A stretch of DNA of 64,000 nt from Blastocladiella emersonii ATCC 22665 (GCA_025594325.1 JANHCV010000011.1:1178001-1242000); one strand, 5' to 3'; shown: positions 24,239 through 35,318, counted from the first letter of the stretch. Notes: generated by a model from the letters alone, not told the origin. Made by a program: numbers and translations.

Positions 24239-26250
24239 TGTTCTCCGCCGCTCCGCACATACGCGTGTCGGTCGCTGACTGGCTGGCCGCGCTGGAGCAC
24301 ACGTGCAAGTTGCGAGACGAGACGCGTGTGTGTCGCGCGGCACGCGCTTCCCTTCTCGCCAGAGATCTCACCCATTAAGCGTACTGGTCGAACTATCGTT
24401 GCATTCATCACGTCCTGAGTCACATCCGTCTCCCGCGCACATCGAGTAGGAGCGCGCACTGACGATGCCAATGAAACCGCGAGACCCACCAACACGACGG
24501 ATACGGCTCACGACCCCGCGCAAGCGCCCGTTCGGCAGCACCGCCGTCGCCGCCGCTGTGCCCGTGCGACGAGAACCCGTCCGCGCGAGTACCCCCGCGG
24601 CGCCAGTCGCTCGCTCTTTTTCCCGCGCGCCCGCCGCCGACCGGGTTATCAGGGTGTCGTGGACGCGCACAGCGGGCAGAACGGCGAGGCGAGAGAGGGA
24701 GAGAGCGACGAGCGCGCGACGGAAGGTGTCCGAGTGGATCGTTGGGAAGCTCGAGGCGCACGACCGCGAGTGTGAGGTGCGGGACGAGGTGCCGGCGAGT
24801 CGAGTTGGTCGCGAGGACTAGACGAGGGTCGCACGAGGCAAGACGTGAGCGTCGCGGGTGCGGCGGGCAGCGAGAGGGAAGCGAACGTCAAGGCCTGCGA
24901 GTGCGACGCTCGGGGATACAGTCGAGGCGGGACGCAGCCACAACTGCGGGTGGCGCAGCACATCGGCGACTGCCCAGTGACCAGGGAGCCGTCTCATCGA
25001 CGCCGGCCTCGTTTTGCACGTTGGGTGAGAAGTCGGATCGCATCGACCTCAGCGCGATCCGGGCTTCGGCAGCCCAAAGTGTGTGCTACGAGACCAATCA
25101 CCCAGCACAAGTTCAACAACTGACGCGGGCCTAGCCGCCAGCCGTGAAAAACATCTCGGTCTCGTCAAGGCCGCGTCACCGGCCCATCGCCTTGCCGCGC
25201 GAAACGCGAGCGCACGCGTGGATCGCGACAGCGGGTGCGTTCTCCGAGAATGGCGGGTGCGATTGAAAGCGGTGATGAGATGCGCGCGGATAGACTGGCG
25301 GGGAGCGAGAGTCGGGGCGCGGGCAAGGCGCCACCCAAGTTCAAGTCCCTGCCTGCTTGGAAACCCGTCACGTTGGCCGCGCATGACCGCGTTCGCGTCT
25401 CCACGGTCGCTCGGCGCGCCGCTCATCCCGGTCGCACGTCACAGCGGCCGGGCGGCAAGCGCGCCGATGCGTGCGCACGATCCGCGACCGCTGCAGCCAC
25501 AAGCGCAACTCTCGCTCGCGGGCGAACAACGCGCGTGCCGGGATTAGGCCGCGGGCGCGCGCAGGGTAGCGTGCATGCGAAGAGCTTCTTGTGATGAAGG
25601 AGAAGCGAGCGGCGAGGCGCGCGGTTTGCGCTTGGCGCCGTGGCGCGGGCTGGAGCGCTTCCAGGCGCCTTCCGCGGCCATGTGGGATCACCTGAGGGGC
25701 TGCTGCGGTCGCTCGCTTCGCCACAGTCGCCGCCGCTTGTTACCCGCGACCGCCCTCGAGGACGACGACGCGCTCTCCGTGCACTTGAAGCAACGACGAC
25801 GGCGACCGACCGACTTTGACAGCGACCGCGGTGAGCCACCCCGCCCGTCTCCGCAGTGTCTCGCGCCCGTCTCGCGTCTCGCCGCACGGTTCGGTGACGC
25901 CACGCAACCGCTGCTGCGGCGCGCCGCCTTCCAAGTTTGGACGCACCGCTGCCCTCTGGATTCCTCTGTCCTCGCCCCCTCTTCTCCCCGCCTCTCCCCG
26001 CAACGCCCTGCCCATCCTCCCTAGACGGCCCGGCAAGCCGACCGATCGCACACCGACTCGTCTGTCCCTCGCGCGCGACGGCGATAGAGCTGGCTCTCTG
26101 TCCCCACCGCCTCGTTCTCGGCGCGCCACCGCTCGCTCGCCCTCCTCCCCCTTCTTCTCGCGGAGCAGCGGAAACCCAAACCTTGTCGTTGCTGCCACCG
26201 CACTGCACTGCACCGTCCACGACGGCGACGAGCGACCGACGACGTCGACC

Positions 26251-28254
26251 ATGGGCAGCCCGCCCATCTCGCGCCCGCCGCCGCCGCCTCCGCCCGGCAC
26301 CAGCGCCAGCGATCCCACCCTCAACACCATGCACCAACACCACTCGTCGAACTCGGCGCGCGTCGGGCCCGGCGGCCCGCTGACGTCGTCGTCCTCGACG
26401 GCGCTGTTCGCCGCCTCCACATCCGTGTCGCCGCCACCCGCCACGAGCGGCGACCTCTACGACGCCGACTGCACCCCCGCCGGCGGCCCCGGCCCCGGCC
26501 CCGCGGGCACCCGCCTCTCCTTCTCGCGCCCGGTCTCCATGTCGGTGATCTCGCCCGAGGCGATTGCCGCGAAACTGGACATGGCGACGCTGGCCCGCGA
26601 CTTCCACCGGCAGCAGGAGCACGCCGCGCACCGCGCGCGCCGCCGCCGCCGCGCCGCGTACCTCGCCGCCGCGCTCGTGCTCGCCGCCGGCGCGGGGCTG
26701 CTCGTCGGCTTCTTTATCTTCTGGCGTAAACCGGGGCCCTCTGCGGCGGGGGCGCAGGTCGCGTCGTCTCCTCCACCAGCGAGTACGCCGGGAGCGGGAT
26801 CCGCGGACGGGCTGCCGCCGCGCCAGCTGCGCGATAAGCCCGGGGCCATCGTCCTGCCCGCGCCCGCGGGCTCTTCAGCGGTGAGCCCCGTCGCCGCGTC
26901 CGCGTGGATCGCCGTCTTGCCGTCCGCCACCTTCGCCGTGACCGCGCCCGACGCCGCTTCCACCGCCGCCGTCCGCGCGCTCGCCGACGGGTACCGCGGC
27001 GTGCTGTTCCCGTACCCCAAGTGCACGGCCGACGACCCCACCAAGGCGCTCGGTGTGCCCGGCCCCGCCGCCGCCGCCATCGCGATTGCGCTCAACGCGA
27101 CTTCCGTGGGAAGCGAGACCTACTCGGTGACGGTGCGCGCGCCCAACACCGTCGCCGTGACGGGCACCTCGCTCGCCGCGCTCGCGCACGCGCTCGAGGT
27201 CCTCGCCGCGTCCATGGCCGCCGCGGGCGACCGGCCCGGCGCGTGCGGGTACCGCCTGCCGCCCATCACGCTCGCGCGCGACGCGCCCGCGATCCCCCTG
27301 CGCGGCGCGTGGGTCGACGCCCAGACCACGCGGCTCCCCGCGAAACCGTCGCTCGCGGACCTCGTCGACGTCGCGGCCGCCGCCAAGCTCAACGCCGTGG
27401 TCGTGCGGCTCCCCGCGGACGCCGGATTCGACCGTGCCAACACGACGCTGCCGAGCGCGGTTATCGCGGACGCCGCCGCCATGGCCACGGCGCGCGCGGT
27501 CCGCCTGCTCCCCGAAATAGACCTCGGGACGTCGCTCCTGTGGCACGAATCGCACCCAGACTGGATCGCGTGCCGCGACATCTGCCTGCCGACCGCGGCC
27601 TCCATGTCGCCGTCCGTGTGCGGGTTCCTGAACCTCGCCGGCAGCGAGCCCGCGCGCAACGCGCAGGCCGCGTGGTGGCGCACCTTGCGCGCATCGCTCG
27701 GCGGCGACGTGAACGGCGTCCTCATCGGCAACCTGTTCCACCCGGACCACCTGCGGTGCATGCGCGCGGCCAACCCGAACGGGGCCGACGCGGTCCTCGC
27801 CGCGCACCTCGCCACCGTCTTCGCCGGCACCACGCTGTACTACCCCGCGGCGCACACGCCGCCGCGCGGCGGGATTGCCGGCGTCAACCTCGTCCCCGTC
27901 GTCGGCGCCGCGCCCGGCGCGCCGGGACCCAACGCCGCGCTCGCACCGCCCGCCGCGGCCAACGGCGCGGCGCCGCTGTGGTACGCCATGATTTCTCCCG
28001 GCTCCGCCGACTCCCTCGCCCCCGCGACCATGCCGCAACGTACCGGCCAGCCGGCGCCCGCGGGCGTCGTGGCCACGGTGCCCAGCGCCGCGTGGGCGAG
28101 CCCCGAGGCGCTTGCGAGGTGGATGTTCCCCGTCGCCTTCAAGGCGTGGACCGGGTGGACCGCGGGGAGCGCGGCGGAGTTGCAGGCGCAGACGGACGCG
28201 TTCCTCGCGTGGGCGGTCCGCGGGCGCGGGCGCGTCGCGTGGCCGGCCTCGTAG
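26251..28254 (+). CDS. GH20 beta-hexosaminidase-like type II membrane protein (667 aa), catalytic residues apparently lost
   Basis: TM helix AAYLAAALVLAAGAGLLVGFFIFW after an RRRRR patch; GH20b-like SETYSVTV...VTGTSLAALAHALEVL; barrel motifs DAPAIPLRGAWVD, VDVAAAAKLN, ARAVRLLPEID. Confidence 0.8.
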   Translation: MGSPPISRPPPPPPPGTSASDPTLNTMHQHHSSNSARVGPGGPLTSSSSTALFAASTSVSPPPATSGDLYDADCTPAGGPGPGPAGTRLSFSRPVSMSVISPEAIAAKLDMATLARDFHRQQEHAAHRARRRRRAAYLAAALVLAAGAGLLVGFFIFWRKPGPSAAGAQVASSPPPASTPGAGSADGLPPRQLRDKPGAIVLPAPAGSSAVSPVAASAWIAVLPSATFAVTAPDAASTAAVRALADGYRGVLFPYPKCTADDPTKALGVPGPAAAAIAIALNATSVGSETYSVTVRAPNTVAVTGTSLAALAHALEVLAASMAAAGDRPGACGYRLPPITLARDAPAIPLRGAWVDAQTTRLPAKPSLADLVDVAAAAKLNAVVVRLPADAGFDRANTTLPSAVIADAAAMATARAVRLLPEIDLGTSLLWHESHPDWIACRDICLPTAASMSPSVCGFLNLAGSEPARNAQAAWWRTLRASLGGDVNGVLIGNLFHPDHLRCMRAANPNGADAVLAAHLATVFAGTTLYYPAAHTPPRGGIAGVNLVPVVGAAPGAPGPNAALAPPAAANGAAPLWYAMISPGSADSLAPATMPQRTGQPAPAGVVATVPSAAWASPEALARWMFPVAFKAWTGWTAGSAAELQAQTDAFLAWAVRGRGRVAWPAS

Positions 28255-28285
28255 ACTTGTGAGAGAAGGCACTTGTGTTACCATT

Positions 28286-28306
28286 CATCATCATCATCAT
28301 CATCAT
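28286..28306. repeat. (CAT)7 microsatellite
   Basis: Read directly. Confidence 0.95.
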
Positions 28307-28429
28307 TCAATAGAGATCACCGCATTCCAGTTTTTGCTTCGTCGACTCTCGTTCTCGCTCGTGTGTGAGTGGCGCCTGACGCGTCGCGGCTTCGGAGAGA
28401 AGCGAGGGATCGTGGCCGTGGCCATGGTC

Positions 28430-28900
28430 ATGGTCGTGGTCGTGGCCGCGGTCACGGTCGCCGCGCGAATCTCGACCAGAAAGAACTGAAGACGCGCGGA
28501 TCGCTTCCGCGACGCTCACTCGAGGAGCGGCGCATGGAGGCCATGTTTCGAAAGCCTTGAGAGCACAACGAATCTAAATGGTCGTGGCCGTGGTCGCCGA
28601 CACGAAGCTCGACCTGAAGTCGCACGAAGCGAACTGGCGGCGCACGGGTCACCTCCGCGACGCTCGCTGAAGGACCGGCGCAAAGCGGGCATGCCACGGA
28701 AGCCTCGAGAGCACGACGAACCGGCGCAGCCGCGGCCATGGTCGCCACACGAAGCTTGATCCGAAGTCGGGCGAGGGGAGCCGACGGCGCGCTTGGCGCC
28801 TGCGCGATGGCCGCCCTAGGACCGGTGCAACGCAGCCATGACAGGAAACCCTCGAGAGCACGGCGAACGGACGCGGCTCAGGTCGCGGTCATCGGACGAA
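28430..28900. repeat. Degenerate tandem repeat with period 147-148 bp, about 3 copies plus a partial
   Basis: GAGAGCAC anchor at 28559, 28707 and 28854; ACACGAAGCT at 28600 and 28747; CCGCGACGCTC repeated. Confidence 0.8.
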
Positions 28901-28919
28901 CGGCGCTTCAAATCAGGGT

Positions 28920-28961
28920 GAACAGGGAACAGGGAACAGGGAACAGGGAACAGGGAGCAGG
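28920..28961. repeat. (GAACAGG)5 plus one imperfect unit
   Basis: Read directly. Confidence 0.95.
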
Positions 28962-29653
28962 CGGCGAGAACTCCCTCGCTGCGCTTGCCGACAGGGCAAT
29001 CCGGGCATGGCAAGAAGAGTTGAGAAAACAATGACTGCCGAGGTGACCGAGGTCAAGGTCGGTCAAGATCAAAGTGGACATCGCGTGGAGCTCTTCCGGA
29101 ACGGAGCGAAACTGGTCAGCGTTGTGTCGCGTTGCTGACCTCACACCGCAATCGACAAGTCCCGAAAATCAGGCTGACCGATGTCGAGTGCGGTCGAATT
29201 TGCACTGCGACGCGCAGCCTGAAGTCTCGGGGGCGAAAGCACCTGAGCATGGCCGACGAGGACAGGCACCGTCGGCGGGCAACGTCGAACACGAGCTGTG
29301 AGCTGGTGGTTGACTGCGGGCTCCGATAAGCGCAGTCAAGTTCTCACAGAAAATAGCAACACATGACGAAAACCGTCAGTGGGTCCCAAAAATCGGACTA
29401 AGGCCCGGTATCGAGTCGGCACACAGGATCATTTAGTAAAAGGCGAAATGGTCGTTTGCTCTGTATCGACTCGAGGCCCGATGCTGACCAGAGAGAAGGG
29501 TCGGGTTGCTGCGCGGTTTTGTTCCGACCAGGACGCGTCGGTTGTGGGTGTGTCCGCAAACCCACGCGTGCACGCGCGTTGACATCTGTCTCGCGAACTT
29601 GCGACGCGCGCGACTTCGCGAGCCCGCGCTCTCCACCCCTTGCCGATCCGACC

Positions 29654-32033
29654 ATGGAACACAGCGACGATGAAGATCATGAACGCCGCGACGACGGCTC
29701 CCCGAACCTGCACCAGCCCGCGCATGGCAAAATCAAAAAGAAGAAGCACCCGTGCCTGACCGAGCTCGTCCCGCGCGCCCTGCTCGAGCGCTGCGCCAAC
29801 GAGGTCGTGCGGCCGCACATCCCCGAGCAGCTCGTGCGTCGCCTTCCTCCTGACTCGACCTTGTCAACCCGTCCTGATCCGACGCCAGTACCCGTAGACC
29901 GCGCTGTCCGCGTGCCTCGACCACCTCGCTGCGCGCCCACGGCGAGCGTACCCGACGGACCCGCTCGTCCCGCTCGTCGGCCGCGTCCGGCGCTCGCCCA
30001 TCATCTCACCCGCCACCTCGCCCGACCCCTCACCAATCCCGATCCCGCCGCCGCCGTGCCCCGTGTACACGCACGTCGACCGGGGCAACTACGTGACGCG
30101 GGACGACGCCGTGGTGCGGTACCTGCCGGACCCGACAGCGCTGGCGGACGCGGACACGGATCTCGGGTCCGCGCACTACCGCACCTACTACGCGTGCACG
30201 CTGACGGACCACGCGGATCTCGCGGTGGCAAGGACGGGCGCCGTGGATGCGGTCGCGCGTGCGGTCGCCGAGTCGCAGGGTTTGGGGCCCGAGGCGGCGG
30301 CGCTTTTCGCCCCCGCGCTGGCCGAGTTTGGGTGGATCGCGAACCGGCCGGGGTGTGCTGAGTGGATGCGTAAGGTGCAGGGCGCGATGGACGCGCCCGA
30401 GTTTGCCGCGGGGTTGGCGGATCGCGGGGTCCAGGTCTGGCGGACGTACGTGCGCGCTCGCGTCGTTGGGAGATCGCTCGGAAGCTGACGCACGCGCGAT
30501 GTAGACTCGCGCAGACGCTCAAGCGGAACCCCGCGCGCGACGCCGAGGTCCAGGTCGCGCACGAGACGTCGCTCGCGACGTGCGCCGCCATGTACTGCCC
30601 CGACTGCAAGCGGTTTGGGTGTCCGCACGGTACGCTTCTCCTTGCCCTCGCCGCCGCTCGACGACAAAGACCTCACCGCTCTCCCCTTGTAGTTGATCCG
30701 TGGTGGCCGACGCACCACCCTCCCTCCGCGCCGCCCGCGCCGGCCTCCGACCCCGCCGCCACCACGCGCGCCTTCGCGAAACCCGACCTGCCGTGCTCGC
30801 CGCAATGCTGGTCGCTCGGCCTGCCTCCCTACACGACGCCCGCCGACGCGACGGTTTTCGACGACCTGCGCGCGCTTCTCCTCTCCTCCCCCTCATCCCT
30901 CGACCTGTGCGACGCCGCGCTCGCCCTCGGGATCCCGTGCGCCGCCGCGTACGCGCAGTGGACGGCCGCGACACCCGTGTCGCCGTACGAGCGGCCGCTG
31001 CAGCAGTCGCGGCTCTCGCAGCAGCAGAACTCGGCGACGCGGCGCACCTCGTTCGGCCGGACCGTGGGCGCGCTTGCGCCGGCTACCGCCGCGTCGCCGT
31101 CGCGCAAGTCGCAGGTCAGCCGCACGCTGAGGCGCGCGATCGCGGCGACGGCAGCGCCGGCGGCGGCGGGTGAGAGTGGTGGGAGCGCGGCAAGGGTCAA
31201 GCATCCGCCGCCGAGTACGCTTCACGCGCCGTACACTACCACCGCGTTCCAAAGCTAACCCCCTCGTCCTCGTTGGTATAGTCACCCTCCCGCTGCACGA
31301 GCCGTGCCAGTGCCCGGGGGACTGCGCGCCCGACACTTCCGACTGCTCGTGCCGCGGCACCACCACCCCGCGCGTCCACTACTGCGACGCGCACTGCGCG
31401 TGCCCCTCGAGCTGCCCAAACCGGTGGCCGGGGTGCACCTGCACCGCTCCCCCGCCGCGCAAACGGCCGCCGCGGCGCAACCTGGCCGGCGAGCTCCTGC
31501 CCAACGACGACCCGCCTCCCGCACCCTCGTGCGGCGGGCCCGGGTGCGCGTGCTACGACGCGGGGCGCGAGTGCGGCGCTGCATGCGCCTCTTCCTCATG
31601 CCGCTCGCTGCGCTGCGGGAACGCGCACGTGTCGCTCGGCGTGCGGGACCCGGACACGTTCCTTCGCGTCGCGCCATCCTCCGTCCCCGGCGCGGGGTGG
31701 GGCCTGTTCGCGCGGACCGCGTTCTCGCCCGGCCACTTTCTCGGCGAGTATACGGGCGAGGTGCTGAGCAGCGACGAGGCGGAGCGGCGCGGGCTCGTGG
31801 CGGACGCGATGCGGCTGAATTTCTTCTTCGAGCTGGCCACGGACGCGGTCGTCGACGCGATGCGCGCGGGGCCCGTGTTGCGGTTCATCAACCACGCGCG
31901 CGGCGCGGCCGCGAACGTGGTCCCGCGCGTGGTCCTGGTCGAGGGCGCGCACCGCGTCGCCATGTTCGCGCGAGTGGCGGTGAGGGAGGGGGCCGAGCTG
32001 TTTGTGGATTACGGGCCAAAGTATTCAATGTAA
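29654..32033 (+). CDS. EZH2: Enhancer of zeste / KMT6-type H3K27 methyltransferase (PRC2 catalytic subunit), ~708 aa. Exons 29654-29833, 29898-30445, 30505-30629, 30693-31214, 31282-32033
   Basis: MCSS-like YCPDCKRFGCPH; CXC domain HEPCQCPGDC...C.C...C.NRWPGCTC...CACYDAGREC; SET motifs GWGLFA, GEYTGE, EAERRG, RFINH, ELFVDY. Exon lengths sum to 2127 nt, in frame. Confidence 0.92.
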
Positions 32034-32072
32034 TGTAATTTGCGATGGACAAAACTGGAGGCGAGAGGGGGG

Positions 32073-33854
32073 TTAGGCGGCGGGCGACGTGGTCGTGGTC
32101 GGCGACGGCGGGAGCGGGGTCTCGGACGCGACGACGACGGACGTCGGGCGCGCGGCGGGCGCGGGCACGGCGGCGGACTCGGCCTCGTCGTCGGTCACCT
32201 CGACCTCCATCTCGACCTCGACAAGCTCCTCGGCGGCGGGGTACGCGTCGGCCTCCTCGTCGCTCTCCTCGTCGACGACCTCCTCGTACACTTCCTCGTA
32301 CGTCTCCTCCTCATCCTCCTCCTCCTCGTCAGCCTCGTCATCCGCCTCCTCCCCACCGCCAATGAGCCCGCTGAGCTCTTCCGCAACCGCGGCCGCGGCC
32401 GCGAGCCGCGACGTGCGTCGGTCGGCCTCGGACGTCATACTCCCGATGCGGCGGAGATCGTCGGCGATCTCGTCATCGAGCTCGGCGAGTGAGCGGCGCC
32501 ACTCGTTAGACGGCGACGCGACGTTGCGGGGGAGGATCATGGACTGGGGGCGCTGCTGGGCGTTGGACAAGCGGCGGGCGTAGTTGGCGGTCGAGTGCCC
32601 GAGGACCGACGCGGGGCGCGGGGACGCGGCGCGGGACGCGATCTCGTTGGCGACGAGCTGCGAGAGCGTGGACATGACGGAGGCGCGCTTCTTGAGGGCG
32701 AGACCGCCGCCGCCGTACACCTGCTCGTTCCAGTCGTCGTCGTCGTGGTCGTCGGCGTGCTCGACGAACTCGACGGGCTCGTCTTCTTCGTCCTCGGACG
32801 ACGACTCGGCGTCCGGGTGGTTGGACGGGGAAGCGCGGAGCGCCGTCGCGTAGATCCGGTGCGTCGTGTCGTGCATCATCTCCTCCTCCTCCTCCTCGTC
32901 CTCGCTCGTGGCCGTCTCCGGGTCGGCGACGTACTCGCCGCCGTCGGCGCCGAACAGCTCGCGCGACACGGCGTCCTGACGATGGCGCAGGTGGTGGTTC
33001 CACGCGACGTGGTCGTCGGCCATCGGGTACTCGGACTCGCCGACGAGGTCGTCGTCGTCGAAATCGCCGCCGAGGGCGCGCGCCGCCGCCGCCACGTGCG
33101 CGTCGCGCGAAAGACCCGCCGCCGCGGCCGCCGCGGCGCCGGGCATGTGGTGGTCGGGGATGTAGTGCATGGGCGCGGCGTGCAGTGGGGCGGCGTGCGA
33201 GGACGCGTGCGAGAGGTGCGAGCGGGAATCGTCGAAGACGTGCTTGTTCATCATGGTCGACGAGCGCGAGGGGACGCCCGAGGCGTCGGCGACGGGGATC
33301 AGGTGGGCGGGCGCGATATGCGAGTGCGGGCGCAGGGTGATCTTGGCGTTGCCCGACGCGTACGCCGCGCGGGTTTGGGGAGCAGGCTGGGCGACAAAGT
33401 TCTCGACGACCGACTCAGCGAGCGCGCGCGTGCGGGAAGCGACCTGGAGGTACTGGAACAGGAACGCGGCGAAGAGGACGGATCCGAGGAACGCGAGGGC
33501 GCCGAGGAGGACGAGCCCGCCGAGGACCATGGCGACGGCCTGCACGCCCACAACGGCCATGGCGGCGACGGCGACGGCGAAGAAGAGCGTGACGGCCGAG
33601 TACAGGGCGTAGAGGGCGAGCGGGAGCGCCGAGGCCAGGGCGAACCGCGACACGTACGGCGCGAGCTGCGGGTAGTGCTTGCAGTACCGCGCAATCACGC
33701 GGTTGCACTTGGCCATGTACGTCGTGAGGACGGTGACGGCCTGGTCCTGCAGGGCCGCTAGGACCGCGCCCACCGACCAGTAGCTGTCGAGCGTCTCGAT
33801 GGGCCGCGCCGGCGTGCCCTCGTACGGGTACCGCGGGATGGCCGAGAGTGACAT
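32073..33854 (-). CDS. Promethin/LDAF1-like hydrophobic-hairpin protein with long acidic, disordered C-terminal extension (593 aa)
   Basis: YPQLAPYVSRFALASALPLALYALYSAVTLFFAVAVAAMAVVGVQAVAMVLGGLVLLGALAFLGSVLF: long uninterrupted hydrophobic stretch resembling promethin; E/D-rich tail. Confidence 0.6.
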   Translation of the reverse strand: MSLSAIPRYPYEGTPARPIETLDSYWSVGAVLAALQDQAVTVLTTYMAKCNRVIARYCKHYPQLAPYVSRFALASALPLALYALYSAVTLFFAVAVAAMAVVGVQAVAMVLGGLVLLGALAFLGSVLFAAFLFQYLQVASRTRALAESVVENFVAQPAPQTRAAYASGNAKITLRPHSHIAPAHLIPVADASGVPSRSSTMMNKHVFDDSRSHLSHASSHAAPLHAAPMHYIPDHHMPGAAAAAAAGLSRDAHVAAAARALGGDFDDDDLVGESEYPMADDHVAWNHHLRHRQDAVSRELFGADGGEYVADPETATSEDEEEEEEMMHDTTHRIYATALRASPSNHPDAESSSEDEEDEPVEFVEHADDHDDDDWNEQVYGGGGLALKKRASVMSTLSQLVANEIASRAASPRPASVLGHSTANYARRLSNAQQRPQSMILPRNVASPSNEWRRSLAELDDEIADDLRRIGSMTSEADRRTSRLAAAAAVAEELSGLIGGGEEADDEADEEEEDEEETYEEVYEEVVDEESDEEADAYPAAEELVEVEMEVEVTDDEAESAAVPAPAARPTSVVVASETPLPPSPTTTTSPAA

Positions 33855-34067
33855 TGCCTTTTTGGGTTCTCTATGAGTGCATGCGCGCTGCCTCGTGTGC
33901 AGCGTCCTTGAAGGAGAGAGAGAGAGAGAGAAGGGATGAGTGGCGAAGGCGGAAGCGGGTGGCGACGGCCGGCTGTTCCTCATGGGGCCTCGTCGCTCAG
34001 CCCGGCCCCACTTCCGTGACATCACCTCTGCTCTCCCGTTTACGACGTCTCGAATGTAACACATCAC

Positions 34068-34892
34068 ATGCAGCACGGCCCGACCGCGACGACGTTCCCG
34101 GTGCTGGGCGTGCACGTCGCGACCGCGCTCGAGCCCGTGCGCTCGGCCGGGACCACGGCCTTCAAGCTGTGCGGGCACGTCCTGCGCGACGTGCAGGTGA
34201 CGGGCGTCGTCACGTCGGTCGGCACGCCGGGGAACATGGTGACGGCCCACGGTACGCCGGACCGGGTCGCGTTCAAGGCGCCGACTCACTCGCATCCCCC
34301 AAAAGTCGACGACGGCTCGGGCCACGCGGTGCTGACGGTGCGGTGGGTGACGGGCGAGGCGCGGCGGCTCGCGGACACGGCGTTCCGCGACGCGGCGTGC
34401 GTGCCGAAGCTCGGCGATCTCGTGCGTGTCACAGGCACGCTGCGCGAGTACCGCGGCGAGCGGCAGGTCAGCGTCACGCACTGGGGTCCGTACCCTCCCT
34501 CACACTCTCCCCTCATTCAACTCATCTGACCCTGACGCGTAGAGACCATGACCGACCCGAACGAAGAGTGCCTGGACCGCCTGCTCGCCGTGCAGGCGTA
34601 CGCGCACCTCGCCGCGCTGCCTCCCCCTCTCTCAGCGTGGGCCGAACGCGTCGGCGCGCGCGTCACGGCGCTCGCGCGGACGGTGCCCGGCACAAGCCAG
34701 CGCGGGGTCACCTACGCGCAGGCGTGGGACGACGCGGGCGTGCGCGAGCTTCTGGCGGTGGCGGGCAGCGACGACCCGCCCGAGTTTGTCCTGTCCGACA
34801 CGCTGCACGCGCTGGTCGCCGCGGGGTACCTCGCGCTGGCGTGTCCGCGGCGCGGGCTGTTTGTTCTCCCGACCGCGGGTGCGAAGCGATGA
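34068..34892 (+). CDS. STN1: STN1-like OB-fold protein (CST complex). Introns 34252-34305 and ~34487-34542
   Basis: VQVTGVVT...VDDGSG...VRW...LGDLVRVTGTLREYRGERQ...DPNEE matches the Stn1/RPA32-type OB fold; short winged-helix-like C-terminus. Confidence 0.78.
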
Positions 34893-34945
34893 GAAAGAAA
34901 CGTTTTATGAACCCTTCATCGCTGGGTCCGCTGTACAATCGCCCG

Positions 34946-35318
34946 TTAGGCGTCGGGGCGCTTACACGCGATGATCTTGACCTTGTCGGCGTGGATGTTC
35001 TCGCGGTCGAACTTGAAGGTGACGTCGCGCAGGATGAAGGTCCACACGTCGTCGCAGTTGCGGTACGTGCTCAGCGACCCGCGGAACGAGCCGCGCGCGT
35101 TCACCTGGCTCAGCTGCGCCGAGATGGCGCGGTCAAACTATAGCTCTGCGTCAGCGCAAGAGGTGATTGCTCACACGGCAAGCAAACCGTACGTGGCCCA
35201 GCACGCGGTTCGCGACCGACGCCTGGATGGTGCCCGTCTGGATCATGTCATCGAGCGCGTCCGTCAGCGCCTGCCCGATGGTCGAGTTGCGGTAGTGCAG
35301 GTAGTCGGTCGAGTTCAT
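34946..35318 (-). CDS. TOA2: Transcription initiation factor IIA gamma subunit (105 aa). Exons 35318-35193 and 35137-34946
   Basis: [18 protein letters not shown]...FDRAI...[19 protein letters not shown]...DKVKIIAC. Confidence 0.97.

Noticed and set aside
10505-32033. Functional link between the Harbinger genes and the E(z) gene (as for plant ALP1/ALP2-PRC2)
   Set aside because: They are 16 kb apart with unrelated genes between, and the element keeps TIRs and TSD with a nonsense mutation, so there is no sign of domestication.
33855-34481. N-terminal extension of the 802-aa ORF 32073-34481
   Set aside because: It overlaps STN1 antisense and the intergenic (GA)n tract; the realistic start is Met 33854.
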